DNA from: Alphaproteobacteria bacterium
GTDB lineage: Bacteria; Pseudomonadota; Alphaproteobacteria; UBA828
Direction: 5' to 3'
NCBI GenBank assembly: GCA_965220825.1
Contig: OZ244839.1
Coordinates: forward strand, 3,077,280-3,141,279
Length of the DNA stretch: 64,000 bases
Shown here: in pieces, positions 43,286 to 52,835 of the stretch
How positions within the stretch are numbered: the stretch's first letter is position 1
Layout of the letters: each line of letters starts with the position of its first letter
The notes under the pieces: model-generated
What the model was told of the DNA's origin: nothing
The model's database searches: none
What the model saw: the letters and a program-made list of their open reading frames with translations, nothing else
Program-made: the position numbers and the translations under genes

Positions 43286-44785
43286 CTACCGGCGGCCGAG
43301 GAGCAGGAAGCGCGCACGCGGCGCCGGGCGAGGGGTGGGCGTCGTGTCGATCTTCAGGGGTCTGTCGGGCCCGGAGAGGCCGAGGCGGAGATCGCGCAGA
43401 AGGGTCGCGACCGTGACCGTCGCCAGCACCTCCGCGAAGCCGTGGCCCAGGCAGTAATGCTCGCCGATCCCGAAGGGCGTGTAGACGCCCGGCGTCCGGT
43501 GCTCCTCGCGGCCCGGCAGGTAGCGGTCGATGTCGAAACGGTCGGGGTCGGGGAAGTGTTCCGGCAGGCGCAGCGTCGCCGCCGTCGCGACGAGCACCCG
43601 CTCCCGCGCCTTGATGTGGTAGCCGCCGAACCTGAAGGACGTGGCGACGGTGCGGCTGAGCGCCGGCGCGATGGGATGCATGCGCAAGGTCTCCATGAAA
43701 GCCCGCCGCGTGGCGTCGAGCGACGGCAGTGCTTCCAGCCCCGCGCCCGCGGCGAAGAACGCATCCGCCTCCTCCGTTACCCGCGCGAGCAGGGCAGGGC
43801 GCCGCAGCAGGGCGTGCAGCATGAAGGAGACCGCACTCGCCGCCGTTTCCAGACCTGCGAAATAGGGCCCGAGCACGGCGATGAGCATGTCGGTCTCCGG
43901 CAGGAACTGGGAATCCGTCCCGTGCAGTTCCAGCAGGTGGTCGATCAGGTCCGGCTCGCGGCCGGCGCGCGCCTCGGGCCGGTGTGCGGCGAGCACTTCG
44001 CCATAGAGCGCCTCGAGCCGCAGGCGTGCGCGGCGGACACGCGGCACATGGGTCGTGAAGCCCGGCCGGTGATGCGTGACGCGCGCGCCGAGCGCGGCTT
44101 CCAGGAAGTCGATCAAATCGTCCCGGTAGGCCCGCGGCGAGAAGCCGGTGGTGAGGATGCCGAGCTGCTCGGCCACCAGGCGCTGTATCGCACGGTGGCC
44201 GGGTCGCGGCTCCCGCTCCAGCCAGTCGCCGATCTCGTGGCGCGTCACGGCGACGAGTTCCGGCAGGCGGTTCTCGACGGCGGCGCGGGAGAAGCTCTCC
44301 CGCTGTGCCTTGCGCATACGGGCATGCTCCGCGCCGTCCATGCTGGTCATGGAGCGCGCGGCGCCGAGCTCGGTGTCGAAGTCCTGCCAGAACTCCCGCG
44401 AACGGAAGTAGCGCCGCCCGGCCCGGTGGGCGAACAGCGTGGCCTCCGGTCCGGCCAGCACGACCCAGGAATATTGCAGGGTGCCCACCCGGAAGACCGG
44501 ACCGAGAGCCCGGTACTGGGCGGTGAGAAAGCCGCCCATGTCGGTCGCGAGCGGAAGGGCGTTTCCGATCAGCGGCAGTCCCGGTGCGCGGGGAATAGCC
44601 GGCGGGCGGGTGGGGCGGAAAGGCGGTGTCCCTACCTTCTGGCGCGCGTGCTCCCACGCCTCCGCGGCCCGGCGCGGCAACGCGCCTGGCAAGGTCTCGA
44701 GCAGCTTGCCGACGCCGACCGGCTGCCAGGGGCGGCCGGCAGGGTGGAACAGACCGGGGAAGACTTTCATGCCGCTGCCCGCCAC
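43286..44785 (-). CDS. cytochrome P450
   Basis: Heme-binding loop FGIGEHYCLGHGFA (FxxGxHxCxG), ETLR motif in K-helix (AFMETLRMHP), about 499 aa. Confidence 0.8.
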   Translation of the reverse strand: MAGSGMKVFPGLFHPAGRPWQPVGVGKLLETLPGALPRRAAEAWEHARQKVGTPPFRPTRPPAIPRAPGLPLIGNALPLATDMGGFLTAQYRALGPVFRVGTLQYSWVVLAGPEATLFAHRAGRRYFRSREFWQDFDTELGAARSMTSMDGAEHARMRKAQRESFSRAAVENRLPELVAVTRHEIGDWLEREPRPGHRAIQRLVAEQLGILTTGFSPRAYRDDLIDFLEAALGARVTHHRPGFTTHVPRVRRARLRLEALYGEVLAAHRPEARAGREPDLIDHLLELHGTDSQFLPETDMLIAVLGPYFAGLETAASAVSFMLHALLRRPALLARVTEEADAFFAAGAGLEALPSLDATRRAFMETLRMHPIAPALSRTVATSFRFGGYHIKARERVLVATAATLRLPEHFPDPDRFDIDRYLPGREEHRTPGVYTPFGIGEHYCLGHGFAEVLATVTVATLLRDLRLGLSGPDRPLKIDTTPTPRPAPRARFLLLGRR

Positions 44786-44858
44786 ACCTCGCGAACGCCG
44801 TAACGAGGATATGGGAGGGCGGCCCCGTTTTACCAGAGACCGGTTTCGGTCGGCGTCT

Positions 44859-45587
44859 TCAGGCGCCGTTCGATGTGGGCGCCTCTCCTCCCATGCCGAC
44901 GAATTCGCCGATCAGATCCGGATCGGAGAGCTGGTCGGGTGAGACCTCGCCGGTGAACTGGCCGCGCTGAATGATCAGCACACGCTGGGAGAGCGCGGCG
45001 ATGAAGTCTAGATTCTGCTCCACCAGCACGACCGTAAGATTGCGCCGCGCCTGAAGGGATCGGAGGATCTCGACGATCTCCTCGACGATGTTGGGCTGGA
45101 TGCCTTCCGTGGGCTCGTCCAGGAGGATCAGTCGCGGCCGACCGCAGAGGCAGCGCGCCAGCGCAAGGATCTGCTGCTCTCCGCCCGAGAGCACACGGCC
45201 CGCGCGGCCCAGCAGGGGCTTCAGCCGCGGGAACTCCTCGAGCACCTCCTCCAGAATCTCGTTCTCGTCGAACTTCCGCACCGCGAAGCCGAGGCGCAGA
45301 TTGTCCCTCACGCTCACATTAGGGAAGATTTCCCGCCCCTGGGGAACATAGCCGATACCGCGACGGCTCCGCTTGTGTGACGGCTCCCGCGTGATGGTAT
45401 CGCCTTCGAAGACGATCGAGCCGTCGGTCGTCCGGACCAGGCCGATCAGCGTCTTGAGAAGGGTGGTCTTGCCCATGCCGTTATGGCCCAGGATGCCGAT
45501 GAATTCGCCTTCCCGCACCGAGAGATCGATTCCGTGCAGGATGGGGATCCTGCCGTAGCTCGCGCGAACGCCTTGGACTTCGAGCAT
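44859..45587 (-). CDS. urtE: urea/amide ABC transporter ATP-binding protein (UrtE/LivF-like)
   Basis: Walker A GHNGMGKTT, signature LSGGEQQILALARCL, Walker B LLDEPTEG. Last gene of a five-gene urtABCDE-ordered operon. Confidence 0.75.
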   Translation of the reverse strand: MLEVQGVRASYGRIPILHGIDLSVREGEFIGILGHNGMGKTTLLKTLIGLVRTTDGSIVFEGDTITREPSHKRSRRGIGYVPQGREIFPNVSVRDNLRLGFAVRKFDENEILEEVLEEFPRLKPLLGRAGRVLSGGEQQILALARCLCGRPRLILLDEPTEGIQPNIVEEIVEILRSLQARRNLTVVLVEQNLDFIAALSQRVLIIQRGQFTGEVSPDQLSDPDLIGEFVGMGGEAPTSNGA

Positions 45588-45590
45588 GAT

Positions 45591-46319
45591 TCAAGCCGCG
45601 TGCTGTTTGCCGAGATAAATATCGCGCACCTGCTGGTTCTTCTCCAGGTTCGCCATGGTGTCCTCGATCAGGATGGCACCTTGGTGGAAGACAGTCACCC
45701 GCTCCGCGATCGCCTTGATGAACTGCATGTCGTGCTCGACGACGATGAGCGAGGCAGTCTTGTTGATCTCGTGGATCAGCTCGGTGGTCTGGTGGACCTC
45801 CTCGCCGGTCATGCCGGCGGTGGGCTCGTCGAGCAGCACCAGATTCGGCTCGCCCGTGAGCACGGTGCCGAGCTCGACCCGCTGGCGCTCGCCATGGGCG
45901 AGCTGGCCCACCAGGCGGCCGCGGATCGCGCCGAGCCCGATGCGTTCCAGAATCTCGTCCACGATGCGGTTCGCCTCGCGCCGCCCGCGATGACGCCGCG
46001 CCGCCACCCAGATGTTCTCGTGGACGCTCAGCCCGTCGAACACGCTCGGCACCTGGGTCTTGATGCCGATGCCGCGCCGCGCGATCTGGTAGGTGTGGGA
46101 GCCCGTGATGTCCATGCCGCGAAAACGGACCCGCCCGGCGGTCGCCTTGTACTGGTGGGTGAGGCACTTGAAGAAGGTGCTCTTGCCCGCGCCGTTGGGG
46201 CCGATCAGGCAGCGGAGCTCCCCTTCGGCCATGGAGAAGTCCACATTGTCCACGGCGACCACGCCGCCGAAGCGCATGGTGAGTCCCTGGGTCTCCAGAA
46301 TGGGAGGGGTTTCGGTCAT
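45591..46319 (-). CDS. urtD: urea/amide ABC transporter ATP-binding protein (UrtD/LivG-like)
   Basis: Starts MTETPPILETQGLTMRFGGVVAVDNV. Walker A GPNGAGKST, LAHGERQRVELG signature variant, LLDEPTAG. Confidence 0.75.
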   Translation of the reverse strand: MTETPPILETQGLTMRFGGVVAVDNVDFSMAEGELRCLIGPNGAGKSTFFKCLTHQYKATAGRVRFRGMDITGSHTYQIARRGIGIKTQVPSVFDGLSVHENIWVAARRHRGRREANRIVDEILERIGLGAIRGRLVGQLAHGERQRVELGTVLTGEPNLVLLDEPTAGMTGEEVHQTTELIHEINKTASLIVVEHDMQFIKAIAERVTVFHQGAILIEDTMANLEKNQQVRDIYLGKQHAA

Positions 46320-47386
46320 GGAGCCGCCTCTTCCCGCCTTGCACTGCCGCCTGCCGAGGCACCGGGCGGCCTGTCGGACCAGCCGCCCAGGACGCGCTGC
46401 ACAAGCGCGCGCGCCGTGGGCACGATACCGGCCGGCACCAGCAGGACGAACAGCATGATGATCGCGCCGAAGATCAGATAGGTGTTGGTGATCTGCTGCT
46501 GGCCGATCTCGAATTTGAGCATGAGAAGCCCGATGCATCCGATCATCGGGCCGACAAGCGTACCGAGGCCGCCGATCAGCGTCCACATGATGATTTCGGC
46601 GGCGAAGTTGAGGGCGAACACGTCCGGGTTCACGAAGGAGTTGAAGTTCACGCCCAGGCAACCGGCCAGCCCGGCGACGGCACCGCCGATGGTGAAGGTC
46701 TGCAGCTTGTGGAGCCGCACGTCGTAGCCCAGAAGTTCGGCGCGGAGCTCGTTCTCCCGGATCGCGACGGCGACCCGCCCGAAACGCGATCTCAGCAGAA
46801 GCTTGAGGCCGAAATAGCAGAGGATGAGACATCCCATGGCGAGGTGGAACACGTCGTCCGGAAAGAGGAAGGCCTTGGCGTTGCCGGGCCAGTTGATGGG
46901 CTGGATCGAGGAAATTCCGTTGAAACCCATGAGGCGCTGCTCGCCGATGGCGTATTCCTCGCCAGCGGTCGAGCGCATGAAGTTGTAGAGGATCAGGGTG
47001 ACCGCAAGCGTCACCACCGCGAGATAGACGTCGCTCAACCTGCCGTAGAACATGAAGTAGCCGAGCAGCGCCGCGAACGCCGCCGGCACGGCGATGGCGA
47101 GCAGGAAGGGCGCGGTGCTCTCCCCGATATTCCCCACGGCGATGGCGTAGGTGTAGGCGCCGAGGCCGTAGAACGCGGACTGGCCGAAGCAGAGGATGCC
47201 GCCATAGCCCCAGATGAAGCCCATGGAGAGCGCGAGGATCGCCATGGCGACGAAGAGGGTGACCTTGAAGAGGGTGAAGAGGTCGAAGATATGCGGGCCG
47301 GCGAACAGCAGGACCACCATGACGAGTCCCACGAACGCCGTGCCCCGGGCCTCCCAGCTGCCGAGGGGGATGCGCGGCATCGTCAC
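46316..47386 (-). CDS. urtC: urea/amide ABC transporter permease (UrtC/LivM-like)
   Basis: 356 aa polytopic, branched-chain-amino-acid permease family. 4-nt overlaps with neighbouring genes. Confidence 0.75.
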   Translation of the reverse strand: MTMPRIPLGSWEARGTAFVGLVMVVLLFAGPHIFDLFTLFKVTLFVAMAILALSMGFIWGYGGILCFGQSAFYGLGAYTYAIAVGNIGESTAPFLLAIAVPAAFAALLGYFMFYGRLSDVYLAVVTLAVTLILYNFMRSTAGEEYAIGEQRLMGFNGISSIQPINWPGNAKAFLFPDDVFHLAMGCLILCYFGLKLLLRSRFGRVAVAIRENELRAELLGYDVRLHKLQTFTIGGAVAGLAGCLGVNFNSFVNPDVFALNFAAEIIMWTLIGGLGTLVGPMIGCIGLLMLKFEIGQQQITNTYLIFGAIIMLFVLLVPAGIVPTARALVQRVLGGWSDRPPGASAGGSARREEAAP

Positions 47387-48252
47387 AGCGAGCGCCGGAA
47401 AATCTTGCCGGTGATGCCCTGCGGCAGCAGCCGGAGCATGACCACGGCGACGATCAGCAGGCCGACGCCGCCCAGCACCGGCGTGAACTCGTAGCTCAGA
47501 AGCTGGCGCACGGTGCCGAACACGCCGGAGGCGACCAGCGTGCCGGTTACCGCGCCGCTGCCGCCGGTAATCACGGTAATGAAGGTCTGCGCCACATAGG
47601 CGGCGCCGGCCGTCGGGATCACCTGGGAGATTGGTGCGAGCAGGCCGCCGGCGAGCCCGGTTATCGCCGCACCGACGGCGAACGTCACCATGTAGACCCG
47701 CTGCGGGCTGATGCCGAGCGCCGAGGCCTGGCTCGGGTTCTGCATGGTGCCGCGGGCGATCAGTCCCATGCGGGTGCGGGTGAGCGCGAGATAGAGCGCA
47801 ACGAAGAGCAGGACGACGATGCCGATAAGAACCATGCGGTACTGTGCAATCTTGTAGACGCCGACGTCGAAGCTTCCCATGGGCGCGGAGACGCCCTCGA
47901 TCACGTTACCGAAGATCGCGGTCACGATGCCGATGAGCAGCAGGCTGAGCCCCCAGGTCGCAATCAGCGTGTCGACCATCCTGCCGTAGAAGAAGCGGAT
48001 GAAGGTGCGCTCGACGACGATGCCGATAAGGCCCACGACAATGGGCGAGATTATCAGCATCGAGATCCAGATATTGATGCCGAGGGTCTTGGTGCAGACC
48101 ACCGTGGTGTAGGCCCCGAGCATCATGAACTCGCCATGGGCGAAGTTGATGACCCGCATCATGCCGAAAATGATCGCCAGCCCGGCGCAGGCGAGCGCCA
48201 GGCTGGCAATGCCGTTCAACACCTCGATGACGAGCAGCGCGGCCGTATCCAC
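47383..48252 (-). CDS. urtB: urea/amide ABC transporter permease (UrtB/LivH-like)
   Basis: 289 aa polytopic LivH-family permease. Confidence 0.75.
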   Translation of the reverse strand: MDTAALLVIEVLNGIASLALACAGLAIIFGMMRVINFAHGEFMMLGAYTTVVCTKTLGINIWISMLIISPIVVGLIGIVVERTFIRFFYGRMVDTLIATWGLSLLLIGIVTAIFGNVIEGVSAPMGSFDVGVYKIAQYRMVLIGIVVLLFVALYLALTRTRMGLIARGTMQNPSQASALGISPQRVYMVTFAVGAAITGLAGGLLAPISQVIPTAGAAYVAQTFITVITGGSGAVTGTLVASGVFGTVRQLLSYEFTPVLGGVGLLIVAVVMLRLLPQGITGKIFRRSL

Positions 48253-48300
48253 GGCGCGGCCCTCTGCGGCGCCCGTCCGCTCTGCCGTTCGGAAGCGCGC

Positions 48301-49548
48301 CTAGAGAATCGGCTCGAGATGCGCGTCCATGTCCGGCGTCTTGGTCAGGTCGCAGCGGTCGATCACGTCACTGGGATACAACTGCGAGAAACTCTCGAAG
48401 ATGTCCCAACTCCGGTCCTTGCACACGGCCATGTGCATGTCCTGGACGACGTGGTTGGTCACCGGATCCACCACCATGCGACCCGACGGTCCGTCCCAGG
48501 CGATGTCGCCGCTGCGGAGCGCCGCCATCACCGCCTCCCGCTCGTGGCTTCCGGCGGCCTTGACGCCGAGCGACCACAACATGGTACCGAGATAGCCGCC
48601 GATGCCCACCGAGTTGAGATATTGAGCCTGGTCGCCGAAGCGTTCCTGGTAGCGCTTGACGAAGTCCACATTGGCGGGGAGCTGGAGTTCCTGGAAGTAG
48701 GGCTGGGCGCTGACGATGCCGTTGCCTTCCTCCGCGCTGAGCTGGATATGCTCGTTGCCCACTCCGAACGTCACCGAGACGATGGGGATTTCGTTCAGCA
48801 TGCCCGCCGCATACCACTGGCGATAGAAGCCGGTATGGGCGGCGCCCACGAGACAGGTGGAGAGCCAGTCGGGCTTCGCCTCCTGGATCTTGGCGATCGC
48901 CGGGCCGAACTCCGACACGTCGAGGGGGAAGAAGTCCTTGGTGACGACCTCCGCGCCGTGCTCGCGCGAGAAGAACTCGGTCCACTTGCCGATGATCTGG
49001 GGCGCGTTGTAGTCCGCACCGATGTAGTAGCAGCGCTTGCCGTGAGTCCTGAAGCCATAGTCCGCCATGGGCTTCACCCACTGCACGGCGGTGACGCCGC
49101 TTACGAAATTGTTGATGTCGCAAACCCCGCCCTCATAGATGACGCTGTACCAGAGCAGGGTCTGGAAACGCCGGAGGATCGGGCGGATGACCTCGCGCGA
49201 GGCACTGGTGATTCCGCCATGCACCAGATCGACCTGTTCCTTGAGCGCGGCTTCCTGCGCATATTGCGCATAGAGCTCCATGTTGGACTGCGGGTCGTAC
49301 TTGATGAGCCGGACCTTCTTGCCCAGGAGGCCGCCCGATGCGTTTATCTCCTCGACCGCGAGCTCGCAGGTCTGGGTCATGGGCGTGCCGTAGATGTCGA
49401 GACCGCCCGACTGGTCGAAGATGCTGGCAATGACGATTTCGTCGTCCTGGGCGTAAGCCTTGGGCGATGCGGCGAGACCCGCAGCCACCAGCGTGGCGGC
49501 CGTGCCGGCCGTGCCTTTCAAGAACTGTCTCCGGTTCGTCTGGAACAT
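48301..49548 (-). CDS. urtA: urea/short-chain-amide ABC transporter substrate-binding protein (UrtA/FmdD-like), Tat signal
   Basis: MFQTNRRQFLKGTAGTAATLVAAGLAASPKAYAQ twin-arginine signal. About 415 aa type I PBP with UrtA-like length and composition. Confidence 0.75.
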   Translation of the reverse strand: MFQTNRRQFLKGTAGTAATLVAAGLAASPKAYAQDDEIVIASIFDQSGGLDIYGTPMTQTCELAVEEINASGGLLGKKVRLIKYDPQSNMELYAQYAQEAALKEQVDLVHGGITSASREVIRPILRRFQTLLWYSVIYEGGVCDINNFVSGVTAVQWVKPMADYGFRTHGKRCYYIGADYNAPQIIGKWTEFFSREHGAEVVTKDFFPLDVSEFGPAIAKIQEAKPDWLSTCLVGAAHTGFYRQWYAAGMLNEIPIVSVTFGVGNEHIQLSAEEGNGIVSAQPYFQELQLPANVDFVKRYQERFGDQAQYLNSVGIGGYLGTMLWSLGVKAAGSHEREAVMAALRSGDIAWDGPSGRMVVDPVTNHVVQDMHMAVCKDRSWDIFESFSQLYPSDVIDRCDLTKTPDMDAHLEPIL

Positions 49549-49745
49549 GGCTTCTGGTCCTCCCTTCCTCGGTTCCGTAACGCCTCCCGGTACGAGCGGG
49601 CGGCCGGGCCGCCAGGCGCTTCTTCCGGCGTCGCGACAGGTTAGGCATGGCGCACGGCCCGCGCAACGCCTTGTCCTCGTTCAGGACGCTTGAGACGCTG
49701 GAGTATCTTCGGCGGTCAGATTGGAAGGGCATGTCGGCCTGTGTG

Positions 49746-50906
49746 CTATGCGGCGAAGCCGAGGGTGCGTTCGACGAACGCGTGCAATATCGCCGCCGCA
49801 TCGACCATCTGGGCGAGCGGCACATGCTCGTTCGCGGCGTGGCTGGTGGCGCCGTTGCCGGGGCCGAAATTCACGATCTCGATGCCGTCCCGGGCGAAGA
49901 AACGGCCGTCGCTCGCGCCGAGTGCGTCGAGCACCGCCGGCGCCCGCCCCAGGTGCTCTTCGGCGGCTGCGGCGAGCGCCGAGACGAACGGTCCGTCGGG
50001 GGCGGCGGCGTAACCCGGCGTGCCGACCAGACGGCGAAGCGTGTAGGAGCCGGCGGGCTCGCCTGCGCCCGCGAGAACGGCCTCGATCTCGGCCGTCGCC
50101 GCATCGACCGGCTCGTCCGGCAGCAGGCGGCGGTCGATCCGGGCGACGCAACGGTCGGGCACGACGTTCGGGTTCTCGCCGGCGTGGATGGTGCCGATAT
50201 TCATGGTGGAGGTCTTCGCGCCGTCCCGCCGGGACGCGAGCTTCGGTGCGAGCGTCGTGTCGAGGCGGTCCAGCAGGCGCATGGCGCGAAGGATGGCGTT
50301 GTCGCCGGCGGCGGGGTCGCCCGCATGGGCGGCGCGGCCCGAGGTCTCGATCTCGAGCCACAGAATGCCGCGCTCCTCGACGACGAGCTCGTTCTCCGTC
50401 GGTGCGCCGAGCACCAGGGCGTCCGGCGCGATCAGCCCTTCCTCGCGGAGGAAGGCCGTGCCCTCCGTTCCGAGGCGCTCCTCGTCGCCGGCGAGTACGA
50501 AGACCAGGCTGCCGCGCGCCGGCCCGCCGCGCTTCGCCACCTCGCCCGCGAGCCACAGATGGACCGCAGCCGATCCCTTGCAGTTGTTCGCGCCCAGGCC
50601 GCAGATATTGCCGTCCACCATGGTCGCGGCGAACGGATCGGTACGCCAGGCCGCGGCGTCCCCGGGGGCGACCGTGTCCACATGGGCGTTGAACAGGAGG
50701 CACGGCGCGCCTTCTCCGAGCTGCGCAACCAGATTGGCGATGGGCGGAGTCCGCATTGCCACGTCCACCCGGTAGCCGTCCGCCCGCAGCCGGTCGGCCG
50801 CAAAGTCGCAGACTGCCCGTGTGTCCCCGGGCGGCGTGATGGAGGGGATGGCGATCAGTGCGGCGAGCAGGTCGTGCAGCGCCTCGGCCGACTTGTCGTC
50901 GCTCAT
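49746..50906 (-). CDS. M20 family metallo-amidohydrolase (ArgE/DapE/acylase-like)
   Basis: 386 aa. Metal-binding blocks NAHVDTV, LAGDEE, and C-terminal HAANEHV. 4-nt ATGA overlap with the upstream hydrolase gene. Confidence 0.75.
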   Translation of the reverse strand: MSDDKSAEALHDLLAALIAIPSITPPGDTRAVCDFAADRLRADGYRVDVAMRTPPIANLVAQLGEGAPCLLFNAHVDTVAPGDAAAWRTDPFAATMVDGNICGLGANNCKGSAAVHLWLAGEVAKRGGPARGSLVFVLAGDEERLGTEGTAFLREEGLIAPDALVLGAPTENELVVEERGILWLEIETSGRAAHAGDPAAGDNAILRAMRLLDRLDTTLAPKLASRRDGAKTSTMNIGTIHAGENPNVVPDRCVARIDRRLLPDEPVDAATAEIEAVLAGAGEPAGSYTLRRLVGTPGYAAAPDGPFVSALAAAAEEHLGRAPAVLDALGASDGRFFARDGIEIVNFGPGNGATSHAANEHVPLAQMVDAAAILHAFVERTLGFAA

Positions 50907-51805
50907 GCCGATGCGCCGCCGCTGGTATCGGCCGGCGTGATCGCCGAGTCGGTTAGGGAGCGCGGGTCGCGTACGCCCCAGGTGCCGCGTTCCACCCGGG
51001 CGAAGAAGTCGTCGCAGGCGCGATTGAAGGCCTCGGGCTCCTCCAGGTTGATGGTGTGGCCTGATTTGGGGATCGCGAGCAGGCCCGCCGTCGGGATCGT
51101 ACGCTTGAGGTAGAGGGTCGCGTCGAGGCAGGGCTCGTCCTCGTCGCCCACGATCAGCAGCACGGGTAACGTCATGCGCGAGAGGCCTTCCTCCAGGTCG
51201 TAGAGCGAAGGCCGCCGGGCCTGGACGCCGCGCAGGGTGTTCGCCGAGCCCGTCGCCGAGTGCGCCATCAGTTGACTGCGAAACGCGGCCCAGCCCTCCG
51301 GGTCCTTGTTCTGGAACTGGACGCGCGCGGGCCCCAGCGCATAGTCCGCACCGACGACCGTCGCGCCCTCGCGCTCGAAGCGGTCGGCAACGGCTTCGGT
51401 CTCCGACTTGAAGCCCGGACGCGCCGTCTTCCGCGCGCCGTAGCCGCAACCCGCGACCACCAGGGCGGAGGCGCGCTCGGGGCAGCGCAGCCCGATATGG
51501 AGCGCGGCGAAGCCGCCCATGCTGAGGCCGATGATATGGGCGCGGTCGATTCCCAGACGGTCGAGGATGGCGAGCGCGTCGTCCACCGCCCGCTCCTGGC
51601 CGTAGGCCTCCTTCGCCGCCGGGACGTCGGAGGGCGGATAGCCGCGGGCGTTATAGGCGATGCAGCGGTAGCGCGCGGCGAAGTGGCGCAGCTGAGGCTC
51701 CCAGCTTCGCCAGTCCCCGGCGAATTCGTGGATGAAGAGCAGCGGCGGGCCGTTGCCTGTCTCTTCGTAATAGAGCTTGATACCGTCCGAACGCGCGTAG
51801 GGCAT
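50903..51805 (-). CDS. alpha/beta-fold hydrolase
   Basis: 300 aa. Nucleophile elbow GLSMGG, HEFAGD oxyanion region, C-terminal His block (KSGHTINLEEPE). Confidence 0.7.
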   Translation of the reverse strand: MPYARSDGIKLYYEETGNGPPLLFIHEFAGDWRSWEPQLRHFAARYRCIAYNARGYPPSDVPAAKEAYGQERAVDDALAILDRLGIDRAHIIGLSMGGFAALHIGLRCPERASALVVAGCGYGARKTARPGFKSETEAVADRFEREGATVVGADYALGPARVQFQNKDPEGWAAFRSQLMAHSATGSANTLRGVQARRPSLYDLEEGLSRMTLPVLLIVGDEDEPCLDATLYLKRTIPTAGLLAIPKSGHTINLEEPEAFNRACDDFFARVERGTWGVRDPRSLTDSAITPADTSGGASA

Positions 51806-51923
51806 TGCGTTTCTCCCATTGCAGCCATGATAGCGAGTCGGGAGGCCGGTGCACCTGTTCATGCTATGATGCGCGCGAGCCAACGGTATCGCACCGTGTT
51901 CGGACAACGTTTGGAGCGGGGTC

Positions 51924-52835
51924 ATGTGTGGAATTGCGGGCGTCATGTTCAAGCATGGCGGCACCGGCCTGGAGGCCGGCCGCGCGCTGATCGATATGCT
52001 CGACGGCTGCCAGCACCGCGGACCGGATTCAACGGGCTTCGCGCTCTATGAGGAAGCGCGCGAGGGCGAGCTCAGATTCCGTTTCCTCGTGGGTGAGGGC
52101 GCCGGCAGGGACGATTCGATCGCGCGCATCCGCGGCCTCCTCGAGGAGAAGGGCGCGGAAATCGTGGACGACGAGCAGGTCGGCAACAGCTACCGCGCCG
52201 TCGTGCGCTTCTCCGGCGACGTTCAGAAGCTCGCCTACGAGATGGAGAACGCGGCGACACTCGTTTCCATCGGTGAGAGCCTCGACATCCGCAAGGATGT
52301 GGGCGGTGCGCACGATGTGGACGAACGCTTCCAGGTGAGCGCCGTAAGGGGTACGCACGGGCTCGGCCATGTCCGGCTCGCCACCGAATCGGACGTGAAG
52401 CCCGAGGCGGCCCATCCGTTCTGGGCCACGGGTTTCACCGACATCGCCATCGTGCATAACGGTCAGATCACCAATTATTGGAAGATGCGCAGGCGGTTGG
52501 AGCGGCGGGGCTTCGAGTTCCATACCGACAATGACAGCGAGCTGATCGCCGTCTATCTCGCGGACAAGCTCGCGAACGAGGCGACGCTCGAGGACGCGCT
52601 GAAGACCTCCATCGAGGACCTGGACGGCACGTTCTCCTTCCTGGTCTCCACCAAGGACGAAATCGGTTACGCCAAGGACCATCTCGCCGCCAAACCCATG
52701 ATCATGTACGAGAACGACGACATGATCGCCATCGCGTCCGAAGAGGTCTCGCTCAACCGCCTCTTCCCGGGCCGTGCGCTCGACACCCGGGAACCGCCGC
52801 CAGGGAGCTACGGTACATGGTCCAGGTCGATCTAG
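51924..52835 (+). CDS. class-II (Ntn) glutamine amidotransferase domain protein (GlxB / N-methylglutamate synthase subunit A-like)
   Basis: N-terminal MCGIAG nucleophile Cys2, about 303 aa stand-alone GATase-2 domain. Confidence 0.75.
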   Translation: MCGIAGVMFKHGGTGLEAGRALIDMLDGCQHRGPDSTGFALYEEAREGELRFRFLVGEGAGRDDSIARIRGLLEEKGAEIVDDEQVGNSYRAVVRFSGDVQKLAYEMENAATLVSIGESLDIRKDVGGAHDVDERFQVSAVRGTHGLGHVRLATESDVKPEAAHPFWATGFTDIAIVHNGQITNYWKMRRRLERRGFEFHTDNDSELIAVYLADKLANEATLEDALKTSIEDLDGTFSFLVSTKDEIGYAKDHLAAKPMIMYENDDMIAIASEEVSLNRLFPGRALDTREPPPGSYGTWSRSI

